Positions 53,872 through 62,964 of a stretch of DNA of 64,000 bases are shown here, piece by piece (within the stretch, counting starts at the first letter, position 1; every line of letters starts with the position of its first letter). Source of the DNA: Gammaproteobacteria bacterium. Its GTDB lineage: Bacteria > Pseudomonadota > Gammaproteobacteria > UBA4575. The notes beneath the pieces are model-generated. The model was not told the DNA's origin. It made no database searches and worked only from the letters and a program-made list of their open reading frames with translations. The stretch spans positions 1,152,001-1,216,000 of the forward strand of contig CBDEUS010000001.1 of NCBI GenBank assembly GCA_965243395.1. The letters are read 5' to 3'. A program made the position numbers and the translations under genes.

Positions 53872-54678
53872 ATGAAATATACCTACACAAAGACTATTCT
53901 AACGACTGCTTTAATACTATTTGTGACACCCCTTTTCGCTAACAACCCCATTGATGAAAAAAAAATCAGTCATACTGAACAAGGCGTAGGCCTAGGAGCT
54001 GGATCAATCGCAGGTGGTTTAATTGCAGGCCCGGTTGGCATAGTAACCGGTGCTGTTATCGGTAGTTTAGTTGGTCAAAATGTTGCTGATGAAAACGCGA
54101 AACAAAAACTGTCTCAATCAAATACCGAATTAAGTAACAAATTAACTATATCATCAAAAAAAATAAAGACGTTTGAAGAAACTTCCTCACAGCATACTGC
54201 TTCTCTAAATGACGCACATCGTACTATTGAGAAATTGCTCACTCAAAATCAGGAACTTAAAAACCACGCATTAAACTTTGATGTGCAGTTTAGAACTGAT
54301 TCATTCTTAATCGAAGACCAATATCAAGAATATTTAATTGATTTAGCAAATGCACTCAATGAAACACCTAATATAGAGCTTGAAGTTGCAGGATTCGCCG
54401 ATCGGATGGGTGACGAAGAATATAATATGGAATTATCAGATAAGCGTGCACAACGAGTCAAAGAATTTCTAATACAACAAGGTATTAAAGAAGAACGGAT
54501 TACTACTCTGGCATTTGGCGAAACTCAACCACTGCATGCAGAAGAAAGTTTAGAAAATAACTTTTTTGACAGACGCGTAACAGTCTATTTAAGACCCATT
54601 GAAATCAGCACAAAAAATATTTCTCAAGAAATTAAAGTATTGGAAGATGAGCTTTCTGTTGCTGCTAATGAAAAATAG
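53872..54678 (+). CDS. pdsO: Sortase-associated OmpA-like protein
   Basis: Signal peptide, glycine zipper (GLIAGPVG), VQFRT, GFADRMG..YNMELS..RA, FFDRRV; divergent from pdsR. Confidence 0.88.
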   Translation: MKYTYTKTILTTALILFVTPLFANNPIDEKKISHTEQGVGLGAGSIAGGLIAGPVGIVTGAVIGSLVGQNVADENAKQKLSQSNTELSNKLTISSKKIKTFEETSSQHTASLNDAHRTIEKLLTQNQELKNHALNFDVQFRTDSFLIEDQYQEYLIDLANALNETPNIELEVAGFADRMGDEEYNMELSDKRAQRVKEFLIQQGIKEERITTLAFGETQPLHAEESLENNFFDRRVTVYLRPIEISTKNISQEIKVLEDELSVAANEK

Positions 54679-54806
54679 ACTGAGAGAGTTGACATTTACG
54701 AGGTCAGATAAAGATGAATAAACTCAAAAACTACACTTACACCTAAATTTTGCTTACAAATGCAAGTTGCTCCATATCAATCTCTTTTTCTTCATACTCC
54801 TCCATT

Positions 54807-54831
54807 AGGCGATCTTCGGGTCGCCTTTTTT
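54807..54831 (+). terminator. Intrinsic terminator after pdsO
   Basis: AGGCGATC-TTCG-GGTCGCCT-TTTTT with a UUCG loop. Confidence 0.85.
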
Positions 54832-54852
54832 ATTATATATTTTGAAATCAAA

Positions 54853-55812
54853 TCAGGCTGCTTGATTACTGTCTGCGCCGCTTAATTCAAGTGTCATTTT
54901 AGCCATTTCTGCTACCGTCTCAAGAATATCTGGATCATCAATTTCTACATCAAACAAGTTTGCAGTTTCTAAAAATTCTTTAGTTACCGTACCAATTAAA
55001 TTCATAAAATCTAAAATATCAATACCAAACTCTTTTTCTGCACGATCTGCTTCCTTTAAATAGCCTTCATCAGTATGATCAAAACAAATACAATCTGCCA
55101 AAATACCCGCAAATGCCACACACTTTGCAGCTTCTTTATTATCGTCGTCAATAAAATCTAAAGCACTACCATGACTCGTTTCAACCAGTTGAGTGATTTT
55201 TTCTGGGATGTCCCACTTATTTAATAGCCACGCACCTACTACGGCATGATCAAAACCTAGTTTACTCTTCTCAAAGGCAATCAAGCTCTCATGATCCTGC
55301 TGTTTATCTTTTATTCCTGAATATAAATCAGGATGAACTTTATCTAATGCAAGCATACCAATATCTTGCAATAAGCCTGGGAGAAATAATTCTTCCTTTT
55401 TCGCATAACCCGTGGCGCCCGCTAAACAGCGACATGCTACTGCAGAGGCTAAAGAACGCTTCCAAAAATAACTATAATCAAGCCCGTCCCCATTATCATT
55501 TAAGTTCCCGACTAGTGAGAAGCTAAGCGCTAAATTCAACGTTCCTTCCCAACCAAACATTACTACTGCCTGTTGTATATTTTCAGTTTTAGCTCGTCGC
55601 GCATATAAAGATGAATTTGCAATACGTAAGATTTTTGCTGTCAGGGCTGGGTCGAAACTAACGATTTCTGCAAGTGTATCAATATCTGAATTAGCATTAG
55701 AACTAAGATGTATGATTTGATCAGCAACACCTGGAGGACTTGGTAAATCTCCACATTCTTCTAATAAGCTAAACGTTTCACTATCCATTAAATCTTGTAA
55801 ACATAAATCCAT
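54853..55812 (-). CDS. Stand-alone HDOD domain protein
   Basis: LPSPP, DPALTAKILRIANS, GLLQDIG, FDHAVVGAWLL.KW. Confidence 0.9.
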   Translation of the reverse strand: MDLCLQDLMDSETFSLLEECGDLPSPPGVADQIIHLSSNANSDIDTLAEIVSFDPALTAKILRIANSSLYARRAKTENIQQAVVMFGWEGTLNLALSFSLVGNLNDNGDGLDYSYFWKRSLASAVACRCLAGATGYAKKEELFLPGLLQDIGMLALDKVHPDLYSGIKDKQQDHESLIAFEKSKLGFDHAVVGAWLLNKWDIPEKITQLVETSHGSALDFIDDDNKEAAKCVAFAGILADCICFDHTDEGYLKEADRAEKEFGIDILDFMNLIGTVTKEFLETANLFDVEIDDPDILETVAEMAKMTLELSGADSNQAA

Positions 55813-55836
55813 AATTTATTTCCGTATAGTCTTTGA

Positions 55837-57378
55837 TTACCCAGTCGCTACCTGAACAGGATTTTGTTGCTGACAGACTTTGTATTGATTACGTCCACTT
55901 TGCTTCGCATCATACAAACTTTCATCTGCTGCTTTAAGCAAGTCGCTATAACTTTCATATAAATGTCCCTCACTGTGAATAGCAATACCAGCAGAAGCAG
56001 TTATAGCTATACTTTTCTTTTGAATATGTTCAAATTTATTTTCATTAAAAGATTTGATAATTCGTTCTGAGAGACTAAGTGCCCCCTCTATACCTGAGTT
56101 AGGTAGTAAAATTACAAACTCTTCTCCTCCATAACGAAAAATTAAATCTGTATCACGTATACAAGTCTTCAATAACTCTACTGAATATTTTAAAACTTCA
56201 TCGCCACAATCATGTCCGTAAGAATCATTTATGTTTTTAAAATGATCTAGGTCAACCATGACAAGAGAAAGTGGATAATTTCCTTTATTTGATAATTCAA
56301 ATTCACGCTCTAAGGAAATTTCAAGATATCCACGATTATAAATTTTTGTAAGAGCATCTATTTTCGCTGAATCTTCTAGTTTTTTAGCCTTTGACTCTAA
56401 ATATTCTGCTTCTTGATGCAATTCTTCTGCTGTTTTCAATGTCTCCATACTGCGCAATAACAACAACTCTTTTGCCTGCTCAGCAATACAATTTAATATT
56501 CTTGGGTCACCGACATCTAATTCAAAAATTGCTGCAGTATCCTGAATTTCATCTACAATAGCTCCTAAATTATCTAAAAACGCATTTTCATTCATACCAA
56601 GTAAGTTCTGACATACTTGAGCAGCATAATGATAATCTTTTTTTTCTTCGTCACTACATATACAGTCTGCAATTACGTTTGACGTTTCAATACAATTCTC
56701 TGCAGGTGTGGTATTCCCTATTTTTTTATATCTTTCCTCATGATGACTAATCGCGACCAAATCAATAATTCTTTGAGGTAAATTCCAACGTTCTAGTAAC
56801 CACGCACCAACAGACGCATGATCAATTCCTAACATCTCATGCTCAATTTGTTGAACGACTTTATGCTGATGCTGGTCATTGCCAATTTCACTATATAGTT
56901 CAGGCACAGCTTTATCTAATGCAAGCATTCCCACATCTTGCAACAAGCCTGGCAAGAAAAGATCCTCTTTTTTGCTATCAATACCCATAACTCTTGCTAA
57001 ATGCTTTGCCGTTACTGCTGCCGAAATAGAACGCTTCCAAAAGAAGTTGTAATCCAGTCCATTTTTTGAAACTGGATCAATTTTTGAAACTAATGAAAAA
57101 CTTAAGGCAAGATTTAGAGTGCCATTCCAACCGAACATCATCACAGCTTGCTCAAGTGACTCTACTTTGGCATGTCTCGCATACATGGGTGAATTTGCCA
57201 TGCGAAGTACTTTCACAGTCAGGGCAGGATCAAGACTAACCACCTCAGCTAGTACTGAAATGTTGCTAGTAGCATCGGTGCTTAAGCCAATAATTTGCTC
57301 AGCCACGCCTGGAGGTGTGGGCAAATCTCTACAACGTTCTAAACGAACTACTAAATCTTGGTTTTCGAGTAATGTCAC
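55837..57378 (-). CDS. HDOD-GGDEF diguanylate cyclase
   Basis: N-terminal HDOD; DLDHFK, RDTD I-site, RYGGEEF. Confidence 0.92.
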   Translation of the reverse strand: MTLLENQDLVVRLERCRDLPTPPGVAEQIIGLSTDATSNISVLAEVVSLDPALTVKVLRMANSPMYARHAKVESLEQAVMMFGWNGTLNLALSFSLVSKIDPVSKNGLDYNFFWKRSISAAVTAKHLARVMGIDSKKEDLFLPGLLQDVGMLALDKAVPELYSEIGNDQHQHKVVQQIEHEMLGIDHASVGAWLLERWNLPQRIIDLVAISHHEERYKKIGNTTPAENCIETSNVIADCICSDEEKKDYHYAAQVCQNLLGMNENAFLDNLGAIVDEIQDTAAIFELDVGDPRILNCIAEQAKELLLLRSMETLKTAEELHQEAEYLESKAKKLEDSAKIDALTKIYNRGYLEISLEREFELSNKGNYPLSLVMVDLDHFKNINDSYGHDCGDEVLKYSVELLKTCIRDTDLIFRYGGEEFVILLPNSGIEGALSLSERIIKSFNENKFEHIQKKSIAITASAGIAIHSEGHLYESYSDLLKAADESLYDAKQSGRNQYKVCQQQNPVQVATG

Positions 57379-57445
57379 GGTTATCCTTATTTCTTGCGAC
57401 TTTATCCTACATACAACGAGCAGTTTCTTGATTCACTTCATTAAG

Positions 57446-57472
57446 TTAACGGTCAAATTGGGGAATTCTTGA
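57446..57472 (-). promoter_or_regulatory. Candidate sigma28 (FliA) promoter of the HDOD-GGDEF gene
   Basis: TCAA-N15-ACCGTTAA. Confidence 0.55.
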
Positions 57473-57487
57473 GTTATGCAGTGTCAT

Positions 57488-59980
57488 TTAAGTCACTCTT
57501 TCTGGCTTTCCTATACCATAGCCTTGGGCATAATCTATGCCTATATCCTTGAGAATATCTAATATCTCGTTACTCTCAACAAACTCTGCGATTGTCTGCA
57601 TACCCATCACTTTCGCCACCTCATTTATGGAACGTACAATCGCACGATCTTTCTCATTTTTGACCATATTTTTTACAAATGCCCCATCAATTTTAAGAAA
57701 ATCGACGGGAAGATCTTTTAAATAACCAAATGATGAAAGCCCACTACCAAAATCATCTAGTGCAAACTTAACACCAATTTCTTTAAGCTCTGTAATCACA
57801 TTAATTGCTTTCGTAATACTAGATATTGCAGCAGTTTCAGTAATCTCAAAACAAACATGACTTGGGTCTAGTTTTGTTTTTTCTAATTCTCTTTTTATGA
57901 AATCTAAAATATATGGATCACTTATAGTATTTCCAGATAAATTTATAGAAATAACAACATCACTATCACTATAAGCTTGCATGTGATACTGAAATGCTTT
58001 CTTAATTACAAAACGATCTACCCCAGCAATCATTCCATATCGTTCTGCTACACGTATAAACTCATTTGGAGGTATAATGTTGTCTTTTACATCTAGAATC
58101 CGAGACAACACCTCATAATGAGGGATATCTTTCTCCTCATTAGTAACTGAAATAATTGGCTGACTCATTAAAAAAAGTCGATCATTATTAAGTGCATCTG
58201 TAATTGCACTTACATAAGCAAATTCAGAAGATCTTTCTATTATTGCTGTGTCATCAGTATGAGCAACATGCATTTGATTACGTCCAAGTTCTTTCGCGCG
58301 GTAACAAGCCATATCAGCTTGACTCATAATCATTGCTTCATTGGCTGAATTATCCGTTATCATCGCTATACCAATGCTTACACCTATTTTAAAACTTTGC
58401 TTATCCCATTCGAAAACAAATTGATTAATACTTCGTTGAATTTCTTCGCAAACACTCATTGCATTATTCAGCGGGCAACTTTCTAAAATAACGCCGAATT
58501 CATCACCTCCCAAACGAGCAACAATATCCGAAGCGCGTACTTTGTCCTCAAGCATGTGAGCTAAACGAATAAGTAATTGATCACCAGCACTGTGTCCCGC
58601 CGCATCATTAACAACTTTAAAATGATCTAAATCCAAATAGCATAAAATAGAATCATCATCAGTATCTTTAGCTTTTTGAAGTACACGCTTTAACTGTCTG
58701 TCAAATTCATTTCGATTAACCAGCCCAGTTAAAGAATCATGCTTGGCGTCATATGCAATTCTTTCTAATAAAGCCTTTTCCTCTGTAATACTTCTTATAA
58801 CTCCACGATATCCCTGAAATTTCTTTTTCTTATTAAATATTGGTTTTGCATTAATTCTAAAAATATCAACTTCTTTATTTTCATTTTTGACGTTGAATGT
58901 GAAATTTGTAATATCTTCTTTTTTATTTAATATTTGCTTATATGCATCAAAGTCAAATTCGCATTTTGAATGATTAGAAAAAAGCGTATCAAAACTTTTA
59001 CCCAGAGGATAAATAGCTGATTCACCTATAAGATTTTTAATACTCCCGGAAATATATGTGTAATTAAATCTTTCATCTAATTCCCAAAATATATTTGCCG
59101 CAGTTTCAGCGAAATCTTTGAATCTTCTTTCACTCTGGATAAGTTTTTCTTTAGCTAACCTGTGTTGAGTTATATTTGTACTAACACCCAACAAATATAA
59201 TTTATCTTGTGATTCATCAATGAATGGTTGCTTAGTTGTTTGTAACCATATTTTTTTGCCATTCTTATCAGTTATTGTTTCTTCTAAAATTGTCCTTTCT
59301 TGTTTTTTCTGCATCACCATTGTATCTATCTCTATACAACTCTCTATTTTCCATGGACGGTGCTCTAGCTCATCCTCACATTTGCCAATTAGTTCATTTA
59401 CTCGATATCCATATACTTTTGCAGTGGCTTCATTGACAAAAATAAATTTTCCTGAAGCATCACGAACAGAAATTAAATTTGGAACCTTATTTACTACTTC
59501 TTCCAATAATTGCTTTTGTTCTGTAAGTTTATTAACTTGATTCTTTAGAGACGTCACATCTCTCAAATATAAATAGACCCTAGCTTCTTGTTCACTTTCT
59601 TCATCTCTATTGAGAACACAAATTGCTTCATAATGAACTTCAGAATTATCTTTTCCTGATACATTAAGATTCATTTTCTGAATTTCATTTGTATTTATAC
59701 ATTTATCTAAACATGGTTTAATGATTGCTTCGTATTGTTCTGTACCAAAAGTTTCACGTATACAGACACCTGAAAATTCCTGATATTTTTTGCCAAATTT
59801 ATTTTTATAATGATCATTAATATTGATATATCTATATTCTTCATCAAGAATAGCGGTCAAATCTGGACTTGAAAGAATGATATCCTTACACAACTCAAGC
59901 GCACTAATAGATTGGTCAGATGTATTATGGTTAATATCTTCATTATGAATAGATACAATTTTTTTAGTATTTGACTGCAT
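57488..59980 (-). CDS. Multi-PAS GGDEF-EAL protein
   Basis: About three PAS-like domains, RLGGDEF, YEVLSR, FEITET, LDDFGSG, KIDG, AQGY. Confidence 0.92.
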   Translation of the reverse strand: MQSNTKKIVSIHNEDINHNTSDQSISALELCKDIILSSPDLTAILDEEYRYININDHYKNKFGKKYQEFSGVCIRETFGTEQYEAIIKPCLDKCINTNEIQKMNLNVSGKDNSEVHYEAICVLNRDEESEQEARVYLYLRDVTSLKNQVNKLTEQKQLLEEVVNKVPNLISVRDASGKFIFVNEATAKVYGYRVNELIGKCEDELEHRPWKIESCIEIDTMVMQKKQERTILEETITDKNGKKIWLQTTKQPFIDESQDKLYLLGVSTNITQHRLAKEKLIQSERRFKDFAETAANIFWELDERFNYTYISGSIKNLIGESAIYPLGKSFDTLFSNHSKCEFDFDAYKQILNKKEDITNFTFNVKNENKEVDIFRINAKPIFNKKKKFQGYRGVIRSITEEKALLERIAYDAKHDSLTGLVNRNEFDRQLKRVLQKAKDTDDDSILCYLDLDHFKVVNDAAGHSAGDQLLIRLAHMLEDKVRASDIVARLGGDEFGVILESCPLNNAMSVCEEIQRSINQFVFEWDKQSFKIGVSIGIAMITDNSANEAMIMSQADMACYRAKELGRNQMHVAHTDDTAIIERSSEFAYVSAITDALNNDRLFLMSQPIISVTNEEKDIPHYEVLSRILDVKDNIIPPNEFIRVAERYGMIAGVDRFVIKKAFQYHMQAYSDSDVVISINLSGNTISDPYILDFIKRELEKTKLDPSHVCFEITETAAISSITKAINVITELKEIGVKFALDDFGSGLSSFGYLKDLPVDFLKIDGAFVKNMVKNEKDRAIVRSINEVAKVMGMQTIAEFVESNEILDILKDIGIDYAQGYGIGKPERVT

Positions 59981-59991
59981 AATTAATATCT

Positions 59992-61023
59992 CTATACAGC
60001 CTTAATATAGGGAGCTCTATTGACTTTAAGATGATCAGAAAGCTCATTACCACAGTGAGGACACTTGCTCTGCACATATATCTTTTGTACTTGTTGCTTT
60101 TCTTTTTCATTAGCTAAAATTTGTTCTGCAACATCTTTCGTAATACCCAATTCCTCACGTAATGAATCAAGCTCAGCTTTTTCATCTCTTGTTAGAATGC
60201 CGTCTTCATACGCCTTATCAGCCATGTTTTCGTATTTGTTATTACGCAAACGTACTTGTTCAGAGAATGCAGAAGCTAAAATTCCTGTTGGTAAAGCAAC
60301 CATTCCAACCCCAATAACTGTTATAAGGGCACCAAATGCTTTGCCACCAGCAGTGATAGGTGTTACATCCCCATATCCAACTGTTGTTAATGTCGAAAAT
60401 GCCCACCACATTGAAGCAACAATACTAGAAAACTTTTCTGGTTGATTTTCATGTTCAAAATAATACATGCCTGAAGCAGCCAGAAGCATAACCACTAATA
60501 AAACAAAAAATGCTGCTGCGAACGCTCGTAGGTTTTCTCTAAAAACTGTAGTCAGAATATCAAAAGATGCAGAATACCTGGTTAATTTAAATATTCTTAA
60601 TAAACGGAAAGCACGAAGAAATCTCATGTCTGTGTTTCCAAACAAACCAAACATCATGAAGTAGAAAGGTAAAATCGCAAGCAAATCTATTATTGCTGAA
60701 AATGACAAACTGTAACGAAATCTCTTTTTAACATTAGTATCTTTACTTTTTTTAATATCAACACTATCAACACAAGACCAGATTCTTAATAAATATTCGA
60801 TTGTAAAAATTGCTACAGAAATAACTTCAAACCAAAAAAAATACGCATGATATATATCATTTATAGACTGAACAGACTCTAAAATAATTGCGATTACACT
60901 AAGCAGGATCAAAGCAATTAATCCTACATCTACAACACGGCTTAATTTGTCACCTGCTGAGGCAATTTCTAAAACTTCGTAAGTACGCTTTCTAAAAGAA
61001 ATTTTGTTCAATGCATACTCCAT
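59992..61023 (-). CDS. 6-TM voltage-gated potassium channel-like protein
   Basis: S4 RFLRAFRLLRIFK, filter TTVGYGD, C-terminal CPHCG. Confidence 0.9.
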   Translation of the reverse strand: MEYALNKISFRKRTYEVLEIASAGDKLSRVVDVGLIALILLSVIAIILESVQSINDIYHAYFFWFEVISVAIFTIEYLLRIWSCVDSVDIKKSKDTNVKKRFRYSLSFSAIIDLLAILPFYFMMFGLFGNTDMRFLRAFRLLRIFKLTRYSASFDILTTVFRENLRAFAAAFFVLLVVMLLAASGMYYFEHENQPEKFSSIVASMWWAFSTLTTVGYGDVTPITAGGKAFGALITVIGVGMVALPTGILASAFSEQVRLRNNKYENMADKAYEDGILTRDEKAELDSLREELGITKDVAEQILANEKEKQQVQKIYVQSKCPHCGNELSDHLKVNRAPYIKAV

Positions 61024-61145
61024 TGCATAAAAATATGTGCATGATTTTATTTTCAGCTCATGCAGGCAGGTTTATATGTTTTGAAATTAGTCAGTTATGA
61101 CTAAATGGTAGATATGCTCACCTCTTAACCGATAACCTTATTTAT

Positions 61146-61172
61146 TTATCGGCTTTAAAGAAGACTACTTTA
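61146..61172 (-). promoter_or_regulatory. Consensus sigma28 promoter of the K+ channel / GGDEF-EAL genes
   Basis: TAAA-N15-GCCGATAA, an exact consensus match. Confidence 0.8.
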
Positions 61173-61228
61173 AATATCATAAAGTACTGATATATATGAA
61201 CTTTTTTAATTTATTGGGCAGTTTTATG

Positions 61229-61405
61229 CTAGTCCATTCGATTTTTTAAAGAATTTTTGCGCCTGAAAGCTTGCCCATAAGCAGACAAAGAGCAGGCAGC
61301 ATCGCAGTAGACTTCAAAACCTGGTTGTAATTTTTCAAACCCTTGTGTGTAGTAAATTGGCTTAGAAATTATTTTCGCCTTACACCACGTACATTTGTAA
61401 TACAT
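61229..61405 (-). CDS. Small Cys-rich protein (TRASH/MYM-like Zn finger)
   Basis: MYYKCTWC...YCDAACS; ATG 61405 lies downstream of a sigma28 promoter. Confidence 0.6.
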   Translation of the reverse strand: MYYKCTWCKAKIISKPIYYTQGFEKLQPGFEVYCDAACSLSAYGQAFRRKNSLKNRMD

Positions 61406-61431
61406 ATCGGTACATCCCTTTATTGCGAGAC

Positions 61432-61458
61432 ATATCGACAAAAATATAAAAATCTTTA
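61432..61458 (-). promoter_or_regulatory. Candidate sigma28 promoter
   Basis: TAAA-N15-GTCGATAT. Confidence 0.65.
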
Positions 61459-61507
61459 GTTTGTTATATAAGTACCTGAATATATTAAACGTGATCTGAA
61501 CAGAAAT

Positions 61508-61969
61508 TTATGCGGCTTTTGTATTTGAATGCAATGCAAGTATTAATTCTGCTTCTGACTCGGTAAGTGAGCATAAGGAGATAATATCCTCTCGTGCATA
61601 TCCACGTCGTGCCAATTGTACGGCTTGACTATAAGGCGCATTATTAAAAAGCTTACCTTCATTGTTGGTCTCATATGCAGATTCAACTTTGATTTCTGAA
61701 GTGTGAATATTTTTATTGAATTCATCTTGCTGATTTTTTAGAGCCCCTAACTCTTCATCAATTAAGCGGCTATAGCTAGTTATATCATCAATATCGTTAA
61801 ATTGTATATTCTCTAATTTTAGAATTTTTCTGCTTAAAGAATAAATAGCAATTAGTACTACCAACATTGAAAAAAACAAAATAGATTGTTCATAGTTAGA
61901 AGTGAATAATAATGATAATTCACTAATTATGTTTACAAAATATTCAAAATTTAAATTATATGCTTCCAT
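61508..61969 (-). CDS. DUF2802-like flagellar-cluster protein
   Basis: TM, coiled coil, then YSQAVQLARRG...CSLTESEAELILALH. Confidence 0.8.
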   Translation of the reverse strand: MEAYNLNFEYFVNIISELSLLFTSNYEQSILFFSMLVVLIAIYSLSRKILKLENIQFNDIDDITSYSRLIDEELGALKNQQDEFNKNIHTSEIKVESAYETNNEGKLFNNAPYSQAVQLARRGYAREDIISLCSLTESEAELILALHSNTKAA

Positions 61970-61986
61970 ATCAAACTCTCTTTAAA

Positions 61987-62160
61987 TCATACATATTCAT
62001 CAATTATTGTATCTCCAGGATCTTTAGGTTCATCATTTTTTGATTTCGACTCATCATCCTGTTTATTTCGGTGTTTCTTGTTCTGATCAGGTCGATCTTT
62101 TTTGACAGACGGAGTAGGCCAGGTTCTGGTTAAGGGACCAATTTTATTGCTATCAACCAT
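61987..62160 (-). CDS. Small hydrophilic protein (57 aa) ending IDEYV, below the ORF-track cutoff
   Basis: MVDSNKIGPLTRTWPTPSVKKDRPDQNKKHRNKQDDESKSKNDEPKDPGDTIIDEYV*; fills the gap between fliA and DUF2802. Confidence 0.65.
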   Translation of the reverse strand: MVDSNKIGPLTRTWPTPSVKKDRPDQNKKHRNKQDDESKSKNDEPKDPGDTIIDEYV

Positions 62161-62222
62161 TTCAAAGCTCTCAGATCATGTCATTTCCTTAATAGTCCTT
62201 TATATGGATTTAATTCGTCCTT

Positions 62223-62960
62223 TTACTCACTTTTGCTCTCTAACCATTCACTTAATTTAGCTCGAAGCATAACCAATGCTTTACCATGTATTTGACATAC
62301 ACGTGATTCGCTTACATCTAAAAGGCTGCCGATTTCACGTAAATTCATTTCTTCTTCATAATAAAGAGACATAACCAAACGTTCTCGTTCGGGTAATTGG
62401 TTAATCGATGTAGTTAGTTCTGAATGAAATTGCTCATCAATATATTCTTTGTCCGGGTCCGAGTCTGAACTCATTTCTATTTTATAATCTGAAGACTCTT
62501 CACTATCATCAATGCTAAAAATCTGCGCTACTGAGGAATCACGTAAAATTTTATTATATTCACTTAACTCTATTCCCATTTCTAATGCAATTTCGCTATC
62601 TGTTGCGCTAGATAAAGTTCTATTCTCTACTTTTCTAATCGCTTCCATCATATCTCTGGATTTGCGGTGCACAGATCGCGGAGTCCAATCTCCACGCCTA
62701 ATTTCATCTAGCATTGCACCACGAATTCGTATACCCGCGTATGTTTCAAAGCTCGCGCCTTGTGTGGGGTTAAAATTCTTTGCAGCTTCTAATAATCCAA
62801 CCATCCCAGACTGAATTAAATCGTCAACCAGAACCGTATCAGGCAATCTGCCTTTTAAGTGATATGCGATTCTTTTCACCAAAGAAGCATGTTGAGTTAC
62901 AACATTTTCAATATCTAAATTTTGTACTGCAGTATAGCTTGCTGCTGCTGATTCACTCAT
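62223..62960 (-). CDS. fliA: RNA polymerase sigma-28 factor
   Basis: LVKRIAYHL, DLIQSGMVGLLEA, RIRGAMLDEIR.GDWTPRSV, VSESRVCQIH. Confidence 0.97.
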   Translation of the reverse strand: MSESAAASYTAVQNLDIENVVTQHASLVKRIAYHLKGRLPDTVLVDDLIQSGMVGLLEAAKNFNPTQGASFETYAGIRIRGAMLDEIRRGDWTPRSVHRKSRDMMEAIRKVENRTLSSATDSEIALEMGIELSEYNKILRDSSVAQIFSIDDSEESSDYKIEMSSDSDPDKEYIDEQFHSELTTSINQLPERERLVMSLYYEEEMNLREIGSLLDVSESRVCQIHGKALVMLRAKLSEWLESKSE

Positions 62961-62964
62961 ATTA

